A DNA stretch of 61,002 nt, filler included, from Sluysia triapertura (GCA_046118255.1; 4 parts of 4 records of this genome joined end to end with filler, not necessarily neighbours in it), one strand, 5' to 3'; positions 35,739 to 49,986 are shown, counted from the whole stretch's first letter. Made by a program: numbers and translations. Notes: generated from the letters alone by a model not told the origin.

Positions 35739-35793
35739 AAATCCAACCACTAGCCCTAACTGGTAAGACTAGATACGTTGGTGGACTCACATA
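35739..35793 (-). repeat. Palindromic terminus, copy 4
   Basis: AAATCCAACCACTAGCCCTAACTGGTAAGACTAGATACGTTGGTGGACTCACATA. Confidence 0.85.
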
Positions 35794-36363
35794 TATTTTT
35801 ATTCTGGTTAAGATTTTAGACTGAATAAAATAATCGCAAGTAAAGATATAGAAATTAGAGACTGTTAGAATCAATTGTGACAATAGCACTTTCAATAATA
35901 AAATTTCGGGCAATTTAGCGAAGCAAAAAGAATTAATATATAATTAAAGTGAATAATTAAGGGCAGTTAAACCTAAGACAATTGCTGTCATCAAAATCGA
36001 ATATCTTGACAAAAGTTAAGATAAGGAAACTTGATGGAAATGTTTGTTAGTCCCATATGAAAGTTATATTAAAATTAAACCAAGTAACAAGAGAAATTCT
36101 ATAGGTACGTTCCCCATCAAGTTAAAAATCAATAATTAATAATTAGTTCTAATTTTCTAATTAGTTCTTTAAATAAAACACTTACACAAACTTTTATTTA
36201 ATTTTTAATTTCAAAGCTTTTTTAGATTCTATTTTACAATATTTATAATTTTAATTTAAGATTATATAAAATTAAATTATTTTGACATTATTATCATTAT
36301 AAAATGTGTTACTTAATTTTTTTAAAACTCAATTTAAAATATTTATAAATTAAAATATTATAA

Positions 36364-36880
36364 TGTGGCGACCAAACACATCACTCAAAACTTTAACTTT
36401 ACGTAACACATAAACTGCTACACAACTTAAACTTTAATAACTCAAAATCTTTTCAGTTAAAAAATTCAAATTATATCATAAATGAAATTTATGTAAACAT
36501 ATCATCTGTTTCTCATAACTCTCTTTGATAACTCTTTCTTTCTACCCGTTACTACCACCTGTTGCACAACTCTATCTACAAATCTACCAAACTTCATGCG
36601 TGTTACAAATTGTCATATCAAACTCCGATGCCATTTCATCAATACAAAAATCAATAGAAAATTCAACAAGCATTCAAAAAACAGCGGCGTGATCCTATTT
36701 CAGAAGCTATCCAAGTTGTGCTTCAAAAAGCAATTAGTAAAGACGTACTCCACGAAGATGTACTTATTAGTGTTATCAAATCTCGTGTAAATAACTAAAA
36801 TATGAGCAGAATAACGAGAGTGTGATAAAGCACAAGGTGATGATGTGTTAGTAATGTTTAAGTAGGAAAGCGAACGGTTA
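36364..36880 (+). mobile_element. TGTGG-terminated element, left part
   Basis: Starts TGTGGCGACCAAAC. Shares AAAAATTCAAA...AAATGAAATTTAT.TAAA...TCTGTTTCTCAT with 33765-33836. Confidence 0.55.
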
Positions 36881-37691
36881 AAATTGGAGTTAAAACAGAA
36901 CCATAATAATAATTATACTTTTGGAATTTGTATTACAATGTCAACCAAATTATCTTATGATCCAAATTAAATTATAAGCGATGCAGCTTGCATTTTATGT
37001 ATCACTTAAACATGCTAATGATAGTCATTGTAATTCTGTATTATATACACCAAAAGAATTTTTTAGTCACGATCGTTTATTTACAATTTCATTAATTCAA
37101 CAATAATTTTTCAAGGATATGCTAAATGCCGTAGATTAACTAATTCCGGAATAAATCATAAAAATTTGCTATCAAATTCTGACAATTCCAGATCAAATAA
37201 ACGAAAATAATTACAAAATATTATTATCATCGATACTTTTTAAAAGTAAACGAATTCAAAAGATGTTTAAGTTTTGTTGCAAGTAACAGAAATTTATGAC
37301 GTCCAGAAGGAGTTTTTGTTAAAACAATTTAATTCAAAAGGAGAATGTTCATTCATACTTGAATCTACAATGAATAAATACCATAATTTACAATACGGAC
37401 ACAATACGATAAAAACTTGGAAATAACAAAGTAATATAGTGAAAAAAGAAAAAACGTATAACTTAGTAGTTAAAGTGTGTTCAGATATTTTACAGTAGTT
37501 ATCAATTTCAGATTATGCTAAATCTCACTTTTACATTATATTTTAATACCAATTCCAAATCATGTAATTGTTTAAAGTTCAGATTATATTTTAATTTGAA
37601 ATTATTAAAGTAAAGATCATGTAAAGAACAAGAAAAATTTAATTAGTTATTTTTTATGCTCGATATTATAATAAGAATAACAATTTTAATA

Positions 37692-37725
37692 CTCCCTCTG
37701 TCCGAAAATAAGAGTCCCATTTCTA
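37692..37725 (+). mobile_element. Stowaway-like Tc1/mariner MITE end, cut by the contig end
   Basis: TA|CTCCCTCTGTCCGAAAATAAGAGTCCCATTT. Confidence 0.5.
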
Positions 37726-37757
37726 AATATTAGGTTTTTTTATTGATTTAAATGGTA

Positions 37758-37857
37758 NNNNNNNNNNNNNNNNNNNNNNNNNNNNNNNNNNNNNNNNNNN
37801 NTTAATTAATTAANNNNNNNNNNNNNNNNNNNNNNNNNNNNNNNNNNNNNNNNNNNN
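37758..37857. other. Artificial contig spacer
   Basis: N44-TTAATTAATTAA-N44. Confidence 0.97.
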
Positions 37858-39453
37858 AAATACTTAATATTTAATAATATTTCAAAATTAATTAGTAAAA
37901 TGAAAATAATTTTCTAAAATAATAGAGACTTCTATAATCCATTAAGATAATGGATTGCACTGATACAAATATTTTTAAATGAATTAGATATTTCTTTGCA
38001 ATTAAAAGTAATATATTTATTTAATGGGATTATTTTTAATGTTAAGTAATGGATTAATGGAATTAATAAAACAAAATATTTTAATTGGCCAAAATAAGTG
38101 CATATAAATATTATAAAATTCAAACAAATAATAAGTTAATTAGAGGAGCTTAGACTTCTTCGAAAATTTTCATTTACAAATTCGACAAACAAAATTATAA
38201 CCAACTATCAAACTCGATTTTGTCATGCTTTATTTGGTCATCGGGAACATTATCTATATTTGTGTAGTATCAAGTAGTAAGCTACTTTATTTTAACGATA
38301 CTCTCGTTTTTCGTGGAAGATATAAAATTATACTGAAATTTCATTTAATAACAGTTATAAAGTCACCACGAAAATCATCTATTCAACAGAAATCAAGTCC
38401 TTAAGGCTTTATTGTTATTTTAAGTATTATAATTATTATTGTTGACAGCTAGAAAATTGACGATTTTAATTAATTTTCTTTTTAATACCATACATTTAAC
38501 TAATGGTACCAATATTTATATTTGAATACTTTTGATAAATTTATATATTTTTCGACTCGATCGTACTATACAGATTTTGAAAAAACTTTAATAATAAATT
38601 TTTTGTGTAGTTTGAAATTTATTGTACATCAGTATGATCAATTAAAGGAATAATATTGGGGAAGAAACACACAAGATATAGGACTGGAAAGGAATTTAGA
38701 AATAAGAGACACTCTGTATGTGCGCCAACATAAAACCTGCACTACAGTCGAACCCGTTATAAATAAAATTATTTTGCCGAACTTAGTATCAAGAATCGTA
38801 GCAAAATATATCTTTTCAGTTATGTTAATGCACTTGTAACTGGCTAAAAACTGTAAAAACATGTGTGTATGCATTTTGTTAGAACAAATTAACAAAGATT
38901 GTAAAAAAATTAAAAGTTTAATAAAATTCTTAACAAAGATGGCTACCAATTTACTAAAACATAATTTTAAAAATAGGTTTAAGCTGACCAAATGTTTTCC
39001 TAAATAAGACTAATAAAATTAACAATATGGCTGCAGTAATTTAAAGTTTAAGAAGATGTACAATGACTTCAAAGATTATCAGCTAAATAAGATGAATACT
39101 TTTGAAGATAAATGAAAATAAAGATTATGAATCACATCAGTTAAAAAATTAACACGGTTAAAGACTACATCAAGTAAAGATAAATGAAGATAATTTATTA
39201 TTTCATAAATGTCGAAATTTTAATCTTAAAATACGTAAAGCCTATTATAGATATACATTTAAAGTTATAACTTTAAAAATCGTAAGTGTTTATAATCCTG
39301 ATTGTAACGGATATGTATTTCTTAGGTAATTCTATTGTACATTTTCTGATTAACAGGTTAAGCAATACTAAAAATAAACTGAATGTTTTACATTAAGTGA
39401 TAAGTATTAACATCATTAATTCTACCTGCTGTAAGTGTTAGACTTCAATAAAT

Positions 39454-39531
39454 GAACTGACGAGAATCGAACGTGGCACCTTTTCCTTCACGGCTATGCA
39501 GTTAGATGCTGTGACCACTGAGCTAACAATT
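39454..39531 (-). pseudogene. tRNA-Cys(GCA)-like pseudogene or SINE head
   Basis: Reverse complement AATTGTTAGCTCAGTGGTCACAGCATCTAACTGCATAGCCGTGAAGGAAAAGGTGCCACGTTCGATTCTCGTCAGTTC. It has an A box (TAGCTCAGTGGT), CT-GCA in anticodon context and a B box (GTTCGATTC), but the stems are imperfect. Confidence 0.6.
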
Positions 39532-40196
39532 TTGTTTTATTATAGTTAATTATACTATCATTATTCTAAATGGCACTTTAGACATCTACCCAAGCATAAC
39601 CATTCCTTCTGCAACATCTTAATACTTTTCCATTTCTAAGGCCCCGATGAGTAAATTATCTGACTTACCACTCCAGCTACATCTAACAATTGATGGTGCA
39701 CTATCTTCATCGCATAAACAATCGTTAGCTATACACAAGTGGAATATTCTTTCTTATATACCTAACAGTGGTCGCATAATATCATTAAAACATTGCCAAT
39801 ACACAATAATAACTTCCTGGTCTCCTGGCAATTTTTATGCTACCTGAGCCCTTCTTCTTTAAAGATAAACTATATCTTTTCAAACGGTTTTCAAAAATGT
39901 AAAACTTTAACATTTAATTCGGTAATTGACATTCTGATAATTGACAAATGCTGATATTTAATCGACTTTCTTATTACGTGGAACATCTTTGTAGTTTTTT
40001 TGCTATTGTCTTGTATTAGTATCACTGATTTCGTATTCTAAGCTTGTAGCATTATTACCATGTTTTTTAGAACATGCGGGGATGTGTAATTTGTCACAAG
40101 CGCTAAATGATTGTTTTGATTCGAAATATTTGTTTAATATAAATAAAAGAGGTATAATTTATTTATTATACTTAAGTAATTATTATAATTAATGTA

Positions 40197-40197
40197 A

Positions 40198-40263
<66 letters not shown>
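40197..40263. repeat. (AAT)n microsatellite
   Basis: Perfect AAT run. Confidence 0.97.
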
Positions 40264-40266
<3 letters not shown>

Positions 40267-42229
40267 CAATAATAGCATTCCAAATAAAACAAAAACACTT
40301 GACCACATGAAAACCTATATTTACCAGGTAGCCGGCTACAATGTAAAAGAATAAGAAATAAATATTAAGAACATATGGTCACTTATAATGTAAGTGAACT
40401 ATAGTATAGAAATAACGAAAATATAGCATGACCACTTCAATGTCTATGAACCAAATGACTACTAAAAAAGGTAAAAAGGTAAACCAAGATATAGAAAGAA
40501 AAATCATTCATATATTCGATGTGAATTTGGTGAAAATAATTCTGTAAAGAATAATTTCTAATAAATTTGAGAAATAATTTTTAATTCGGACACTTTCTTT
40601 TAAAGAAATAAATGAATTTAAAATAAACATTTTACAAAATAAATTAATTTTTACTGAATAACTTAAGAAAATTAACAGACATAAGAAAACCTTAGAAATA
40701 GAAAGAAACAATACACAAATACGCTCAAAAAATAATAAAATAAAAATACAAAAGAAGAATCAAGTTTACCATACATAATTAGCCAAGAAAGGAGCTGCGC
40801 AGAATAAAGAAAATACCATAAAAGTGATAATTCATGAATTAGTACCGATATATTAAAATAAATTTGACTATAATGTGGTACCTGTGAAAAATACTATATA
40901 CGGAGGTAATTTTCAATTCAAAAGTATTACTTACAAATCTTAATTTTGAAAGAGGATCACACAGAAGAATTTATATTTGCACTATCAGAAGATGATTATT
41001 GGAGGGCCATGCAAAATAATGTTTCAGAAAATAATTATAAGAACCATTATTAATGCAGATAAACGTTGTGAGAATTCAAAGGTAAGTACATAGGTAAATC
41101 CTGCATATAAACTATAATTTAAAAATAAAATATTCATTAAGTGTGGTTTTTTCCGTTATCGTTATAATTTTTTAAGAATAGATTGTAGTTAATTTAGTTG
41201 TATTTTTTAATTTTTTTGCAATTCCATCTCTTACATCAGAAACGAGTTAGCACTATGATTTTTTAGATAGATACTATTTATATTAAGATTAAAATAAGTT
41301 GATATTAGTCATTACGTTGTGACATTTTTAAATAAAGAGTTGAACTAGAATAATTTTAAGAGAATTTAAAAGTGAAAGTGCTTAAAGAATTATATTTATT
41401 TATAGTTTTCAAATAGTTTTAAACCGGATAAAGATTATTAATAATTAGTAAAGAATAAGTTTAAAGGCAATAAGTCTAATTTAAATTTAGACTTTTAAAC
41501 TTTTAAATTTAAACTTTTCATTACAAACTCATTTATTATAATTATACATTCGGTAAAAATTTGTTAAAGATCAAAAACAATACAAAATTACGATCCTAAC
41601 TAAGTCGCTAATAATTTAAATATATATTTCATCTATTTAAATATCTATTTAATTGAAGTTTTTTTATAAAATAAGATTGAGGGATAATTTAAATTAAATT
41701 TTTTGTTTGTATTATTTTTTGAGTGTTATTTAGCATTTAGTATATTATTGTTACATATAATAAAATATAAAATTTACTTGAAATTTTAATTAATTCACTT
41801 ACATTTTGTAAAACTATATATAAAACAGATATAAAGAATTCTTAACATACGAAGAAAGTTAGTGATATAAAATACATAAATTAATTAAAATTTTATGGCA
41901 ACATAAATCTAACAATATCAATAAATAGGAAATTAAAGTAAATATGCCTTTATTCTTCCCAATATCAAGTAATGTTACATAAATTTTAAAAGTTTAATCA
42001 TCAAAAACTGTAAATTTATTCTGAAATATCAAATGATTAAGTTTCATTGTTTGTTTTTGATATGAATATACGTTGAATTTATTTAACAGTACCACATGAC
42101 TGAAAATAAATCAGCATTGTCAACATCAATTTGTTTAGCTCAATATTTGCTAGATCTTACTAAAACTGGTTTTGAAAACATGTAATGAATTTTTTCTTTT
42201 AGAAACACATTTTCTTGTTTTATAATAAA

Positions 42230-42460
42230 TGTTCATTTTGTCTCCATTACAACGTTGCCAATGAAGGTTCTTGAAAAAAATTGAAAAAGTTATTTCAAAA
42301 GAGAAAGATCTGGACTATGAATTGGATGTGGAATTAATTCAAATCCATCAAAATTATCTAATGATTTCTTTGTTTTTTCGAGGCGTGGCATTATCTTGCT
42401 GAAGTAAAATTTATTCTATTGACTAATTGTGGATAGCCATGACCGTCAAGAATCAATTCT
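42230..42460 (-). pseudogene. Degenerate mariner transposase fragment
   Basis: Minus strand gives YPQLVNR..LLQQDNATP and FELIPHPIHSPDLS (HDNARPH and LPHPPYSPDLAP motifs). Confidence 0.75.
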
Positions 42461-45400
42461 ACACATTCCAAATCTATTTTTAGCCAGAAGTTCATCAATC
42501 TCGCTTTTACCATATCATTCGTTTTTACTTTCATAGCTTTAATAATGTATCAACTTTTCGTCCTAGTTATCTCCTTTGATTTTCATTTACAACAAATAGT
42601 ATTTCCTGTGATATTTATTTCTTAGTAATTTCGAACTCGAAAATACACTCAAGATATCTGAAGCTCACTTGATATAGTTTGGACAATTTGAAGTGGATTT
42701 ATTTTAATAGAGATATTTATGACATCTAAATATGTGATACTTGGATGAAAAGATATCTATTTTTGTCTTTAAGCTCTAAACGTTTACTATTTTTACATTG
42801 GTAATGTCAAAATTTTCTATTTCACATTCTATATGCATCTTCTGGGGAACAATAAAATCTTTATTTTATTGAAATTTTAAAACATTTATTTATATTAAAT
42901 AATTAATTAAAGCGTTAAAATAAAAATATAGAAAATAATCTTTTCCATAATAAATGAGCCATTTAGCTGTTTTTGTTCAATTAAGGAAAATAAGCATAAA
43001 TTTATTGTTTCTAGATTTTTGTTTAACTTATTAGTTTTGAAATCATACTTCTACAAAAATTCAATTTTATCTACAATTTAATTTGGAACATTATAAATCC
43101 CGTAATGGCTTCATTAATTAGGAATATTAGATGTATTACGATTTTTGATAATCGGTTAAATATTTCGTATATTCAATTCTATAATTATTATATAGTTAAT
43201 TCTATCGTTCATTAAATTAAATGATGGATTTATTTCATAGTTAATTACCGTGACAGCCAATTTCATCTTAATATGTAATTTTTATATTTTATATATTGTA
43301 TTCTTATTTTCAGCCATTTGTCAGTAATTAGTTCTTAATTTCTATTTTAATGAAATTATAGGTTTCTTCTGATACAGCCGTTAAATTAGCATTATCTGTG
43401 CTTCTTTCATTTTTGATATTAGGATATTTACTAAGAAATTTTCAGTTATGATTTTATTTTAAGCGTTGCATCTTTTAAATAATTTAATTCAATTCTGTAT
43501 TAACCTTAAATTCAAACTCAGAAAATCAAAATTTATAACTTCAATTATAGTATCGATATCCCATTTAATAAAATTTATCAATTATTAAGAATAAACCTTA
43601 AATATCTTAAGTAGATGATATAATCAAGAAAGATTAAATTATAATTCAATTAATTGTAAATCAATAATCAACGTTGTAGTGTCAATAACAAAAATTGCAC
43701 AATAAAATTAACCGAATATGACGCGAACAAATATAATGCACGTCATTTATCTGTATTACAATTATTATTATTTCTATTATTATCACTAATTACATTAACT
43801 ATATGAATTTTAATTTTAATATTAATTATAGTTATTAATTTTCTGTAATTTTATTTTGTTTTAATTTTCAATTATTAATTCTATTAATAATTTTTATTAA
43901 TTTCAAAATTTCCTTAAGTCTTATTTTAATTTCTAAATTAATTTTATAATTAAATTACTTCTTATTTTTAATTTAATTTGTGATTCAGACTTGAGAGGTG
44001 TTTCCATTCGTAATCCCTTGTAATTAAACAACAATCCGAATAGGTTTTTAACCAAATATTTTTATATGCTCTAACTTTGAAGAACCTTAACATAAGATTA
44101 CTGAAGTTTTTTAGATGTACTTTGATTATATAATCTCACAGCTCTGATATTATTGTTATTTATTAATATTTGCTTCTTTCTCATTCGCTACAATAAGGAA
44201 TGATATGGTTATTATGACTGAGAGTGGTGTCATTTTTTAAATTACTTGAATTTATGTTGAATATATTCAGCCAAAGTTTTAGAAATGGCACAGAACCATG
44301 TTTCTCTAGGCGAAAGTTTAAAAAGTGACATTACTAAACATTAATCACTGTGAAGCAATAAATTTATAAAATAAAATTATTTTCAATTTTATCAAAACTT
44401 ATTATCTAATTACGGAAGAGTAATATAAACAATATTTTTAGATCAGTCAACTAAATCTGATATCATAAGTAGTACACGACGGATTGCACAGCCTTCTATT
44501 TGTTTATCACGAATAGAGCAAAATAAAGTTAGTTTAATTTTTTAATTTATTCTAATGCATTAAATTAGTAATTACTAGAGGGCTTACTAGATCAATAATA
44601 TAGTTACATTTAAAATGTTTGGAAATCTTGTATTTAAACGTATAATTGAATGTAATTAAAGGTTTTTAAATGTATGATTATTTACAAAAAACGTTCAATA
44701 TTTTATAACTAAATATTTTTTATTGAAACATCTTATCCAGATAATATTATCAAATTGCAATAGCTATTATTACACTTAAGACATTATGTAAAAATTTTCT
44801 GAAAATTACTTTTAAATAAAGTACGTTAGTCCAATTGTTTGTGATTTTTCCAATTTCATACGTATGTTATATGTATTATTGTTGTTATGTAGATGAGGTG
44901 TTCTTAGTGTTTTATCGAAGAGGTTGGTTGGTGACTTGTATGGTTATAGTAGAAAGAGTTTATTCGTTCGAAGGGTTGGTGGAGAGTTTTGTGCAAAGTT
45001 TTGGGTTTTTGTGTTTTGTGCTGGATGAGATCGTTGTGGTGTAAAGGGGTTTGATTTTCTATAATGTGAAGGTGTATTAATATATTGAATCGTTTTTTGT
45101 TGAACAGAATTTTGACGCTGGTTGTGGATTAGTGCTTGCAAATTAGCGTGTAACATGTTTAGGTGTTTAGTGTTTGTTTTAGTTAATGATTTTGTTGTTT
45201 ACAGGGTTTTGTTACCTATATATTGAATGTTATTTATTTGTTTGTTTATTTTTAATAGAATTATTTATTTTTTAGATGTTTTATTATCGTTATCAATCAT
45301 TTTTATATTCTCTAATTTATAAGATAAGATTTTGTTTATTTTTAGTTTGTTTTATTTTGAAAGGTTTACAATTAGTATTAGTGTCATTGGTATCAGTTTT

Positions 45401-47096
45401 ATTATTGTTAAAGTTGTAACTTATAATATAATAATTTTTAATATTATAATTTATTTTTATGTTGCCATCGCTATTATTAAAATCATCACCATTAGCATTA
45501 AGAAAATGATATAGCTGTGTAAAGAAATAAAAAGTGGTTTGGATTTTGAGGATTATACTATTGATTTGAAGGCGTTTAAAGTAATATGTAACATTTCTTA
45601 AATAGAATGATCGGCTTAGGCCGTTATTCTTTTCGCCATAAAATTTATTTATCGTTTTTAATCTTATTATCACATTTATTTTTGATTTTATTTTTACATT
45701 TTTTTCATATTACAAATACCTTTAGTTTTATTATTATATTGAGTTTTGATTTTACTATTACATTTATTATTTCTATTGTTAATGTCTTTAATCTTTTTTA
45801 TTATTATTGCACTTATATCCAAAATAAAACAAGAATACATTATTAGATCAATTGCTATTGCATTTATAAAAACAAATTTTACCTATTGTGCAATAAACAT
45901 GCCAGAGATGTCGTTCGTTAAATGACACAAAAGTAATTACACACAAAACACGCCGGATAATCTAACGGTTTCGTGACACCTGATGTTAAATAATTCAACG
46001 TTCTATTTAAAATCCATTCTTCCTTTCTCTTATCAGTAACTCTATAAAATAGTAATTCAAACGTAAGAGAACAACTAACCCTAGTTCTTATCTTCATATC
46101 ATAAAATACGTAATTTTAAAAACTTCACTATTCACGTCCAAGGTTTTCTCACACGGATATATGCGTTATACATACCTACCTTCATTCTTCTCTCTCGTAA
46201 TTATCAATTTGGTAATTCAAATGTGCAATTTCGTGGCTAATTTTCAATTCATTTCATCAATTTTTTCATCTAACACGTATTTCAGATTATAATCAGACAG
46301 TATATTAAAAGAGTCTGCACATTTAAATCGATGAACTCCGGCAAGGTTAAATTCAAGACTTGAATTCAATCGGAATACGATCGGATATATGAAGTTTATT
46401 TTCAAGGAATTTTATCTTAATTTTTGACTGTTAGATTAATCTAACTTGAGATTGGTTTGTATTAACTATTTATAATTGTGAATTTCATTCGTCGGATATC
46501 TTTCGTTCCCATTCTCTTAAATGCATGCATCATTAACTCATTAGATTTAATATTAGATTCAGGAACATCACTATTGTCATCAGCATGATTGTCGTCTTAG
46601 CTCGATTTTTCATTAGCGTTAAAGTAAACGTATTTTGTTGAAATCATGCGTGTTGAAATAGGTTTAAAAAATTTAACTAAATTTTTAAACTTTTTAACTA
46701 ATTCTTTTTTATTTTTTCTTTCGTAATCACTGTGAAAATATACCAAAAACTTATTTTTTAAATAATACTCTGCTTAATTTAGGATGACAGAGGAACTCAA
46801 ACTAGAAATTTTTAATGTGACATTATTTAAACATTAAATAATTATATAAAACAAATAACATTATTTTTACTCATTAATTTCTAATTCTTTACACGGTTCT
46901 TGTTCTTTAGTTAATTCTAAATTTAAAAATTTTAATTCCATATTTGATTTGGATAAGTGGCATTTTTTCTCATTAGTATCATTAAAAGTTTACTCATATT
47001 TTCCGTATTATTTTTTAAATCACTTGTTTTTTTATAATCATAATTTAATTTATTGATCATAATCATTTAATTTTCGTTATATTAAGTTGAGATTTA

Positions 47097-47390
47097 TAGG
47101 GTGGTCCTTAGAATAGCGGCGTATTTGTCAAACAGATATTTATTTTTACAAAGAAAAACTTTTACAATGTTTTTTAAAGGCACATGTTATGTTACACTCG
47201 TAGATGCTCAAAATATCCACACATTCAGCAGCGTCTTAACCCAGAAATCCAAGTTCGTGTAGCGTTTTGAGATATCGTTCAAAGCATCAATAGAGTTTGT
47301 CACGTCGACAATTCTGAAGCTCTGTTAATAACAAGCTCCAAACGCAGTAATCCATGAAAATTTGAGGGTCAGACGAAATCATGAAATCTG
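47097..47390 (-). mobile_element. Tc1/maT-like transposon 3' remnant
   Basis: Minus-strand MDYCVWSLL...NSIDAL (NPxDYxxWSxL region) lies next to a terminus-like TA|TAGGGTGGTCC. Confidence 0.55.
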
Positions 47391-48174
47391 TTTAATTATC
47401 TTAATTCACTTTATTTTAATTTATAAAACTAATTTATGTCGATCTCTTAAATTTCACGCTTATTAAATTATCAATGGTTATGTTAGTGCCACTTCAAAAT
47501 TTTTTTTATCTTAATTCTAGAGTTTATCATTTTATGAAGTACCACACTTACCTATTTGTTTAATGTACCACAATTTGTGTTCAAAATCAAGATTTATATC
47601 CAAAATTTTCCTTTTTATCTAAATTCTGATGTTTATGTATTATTTTTCTCTTTATAATTTAAAGCTAATCATCATTCAGTATTCATCACATAAGATCTTC
47701 TCTACAACCAGTTTCTCTCTTTTCATTATTTTGCTTTCTAAGAAATTTAATTCTGCAATACTTCCAATGTATTGTATTTGATACTGTAGCTACATAGCCA
47801 AATTTCTCATACTAATTAATTTTACGGTACATATCATATTTTCATTGTAATATATTTTTGTACTACGTAATTTATTTATATCGGTCTTGCTAGTTAGTAC
47901 TTTTATTCATGTTTTAGTGAATTTTCTTTATTTTATTTATGTCTGCGTTTATGTCTCGATTATTACATTTTTATAATTCTTTTGCTTTTTATTCTATTCA
48001 ATTTGATTTGAAGACAAATCTTTCTTTTATCAGAAGATTTTATAACGGCATCCTTTTCCACATAAAACGATAACAATGGTAATAAGATAATAATATAATA
48101 AATTGAATAAATAATATTTTCATAATAAATATGTGCAAATGTATAATAATTTTAAAAATTAAGAATAAAAACGT

Positions 48175-48176
<2 letters not shown>

Positions 48177-48239
<63 letters not shown>

Positions 48240-48257
48240 TAATAATAATAATAATAA
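48177..48257. repeat. (AAT)n microsatellite
   Basis: Near-perfect AAT run. Confidence 0.97.
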
Positions 48258-49432
48258 GTTACTAATATGGTGTAATATGCGCAGCACAAAATTATTGATA
48301 ATACTTTGTAGAGTAGGAAATATGTAGAAGTAGAAATAGTAAATTATTGAAAACTCCAAATGACTGAACTTTTATACTCAATCACTAATTGTTTGTTTAT
48401 TTTACACAATGAAAGTATGGCTCAATTACTAATTTTTAAAATTCAAGTATTCTCTGTCAAAATTATATTTTAAATATTTTGCTCATGTTTTAAATTATTG
48501 AATTAAACATCATTTGTTTTTCCTTTTAAGATTTTTAGAAATATCATTTGGTTTATCATTAACCTTTATCATTCCGATAATTTTAATAATAAAACTGAAC
48601 TAAATATTTTACTTGAAAATGACGGTAGATTGTACCAAAGGCACGATATGTAATTTATGTTGACTTGTAGTGAACTAAGCGCAATAATAACATTGCAAAA
48701 TTCTGAAAGTTGCGCCGGCTTAATCTTGGCAGTTTTACTACTGTTTGGAATGATAATTGATTTGTTTGAACATGATATGGGCAGGTGCGCGAGGTATTAT
48801 TTTAAAAATAGCACTTCATTAGTTAGTAATTACATTCAATTGTTAAATTAATAATGAATGTTGAAAAAACGAAAACCTGAATATTTTGGATTTTGAAATA
48901 CTTGCATAATAATTTTGTTAATTTGCGAAATGGTTTGTGTTTTATATTTGTAAATGCAGCAATAATTTCTATAAATAAATAATGAAAATTTTGAACTTTT
49001 TTACTAAATTTATGATAATTTCAACATAAGTAGTTCCATATGTGATAAATTTAGTAAATTTCAGTTGGTAAAAGTTGGATTTCGATTACACGAGTATTTT
49101 TTTCAAGCATTACAAAACTATCTTTTGTTCATTCACCAAGAATTCAAATGATAATAAGATTACCACAATAAAATAGAATAGTGAAACAGATTTTTTAACA
49201 TTTCCTTTTTTGAATTATTTTGAATGTTTTGTCATTCACATGATTTACGATTTAATGAAATGAAAAGTGCGAAAAAATATCTTACAAAGACTTAACTATT
49301 ATTTAACATGCTTTTTTATTCACGAGACATGGAGAGGTTTTATAAGAAAATTAAAATGAATTATTTCCTAATTGTAAAATTATTTTAGAATTGATAAACA
49401 AATATAAATTTGAATTAAAATATAATTTTAAG

Positions 49433-49861
49433 GTTTCAAATTCTCAACAAAGATATATATCTAACTGGAATGGAAATAACATCTCAGATTATACTGTGAT
49501 TCCTTCTTGTACATCAAAAAGCATATCCGTTGCATGTGCGCCTATAAACTCTACTAAAATTTTACAGACCAAATCAAATCCTTGCACCATTCTTCCTATC
49601 AGTAATACACTTCGAACAACATTTTCAAATTCTATTAATCTATCTCGACCAATTCAATCATCTAAACGTCAACTTTATTCCAACAATCCTTATCAGATAT
49701 CATCTCAGAATGACGGAAATTGTTATTCTTCAATACAATCCAGTACAATCACTTTGAATAACATTTCAACTTCATACAGTTCTGTTTCATCACATTTCAA
49801 CATATTCAATAAAAATACATTCCAATCCCAAGCGAAACGTATTCATCCCATAAATATGAAT
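49433..49861 (+). CDS. Probable internal exon of a host gene, Ser/Thr/Asn-rich low-complexity region
   Basis: 143 open codons in very AT-rich DNA, bounded by TTTTAAG| and |GTTAGT, both phase 0. No recognisable domain. Confidence 0.55.
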
Positions 49862-49986
49862 GTTAGTATTCTAAGTTTCTTCAGTCAATTTTTGTATTGA
49901 AATTATAATGCTTAAGATTATTCAAAAAGCACATTTAAATAATAATAATAATAATTATTATTATTATTATTTTATATATATATATA

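Noticed and set aside
40270-41100. A-rich tract possibly from a non-LTR element or RNase H
   Set aside because: Only a weak AKKGA word among many stops; not diagnostic.
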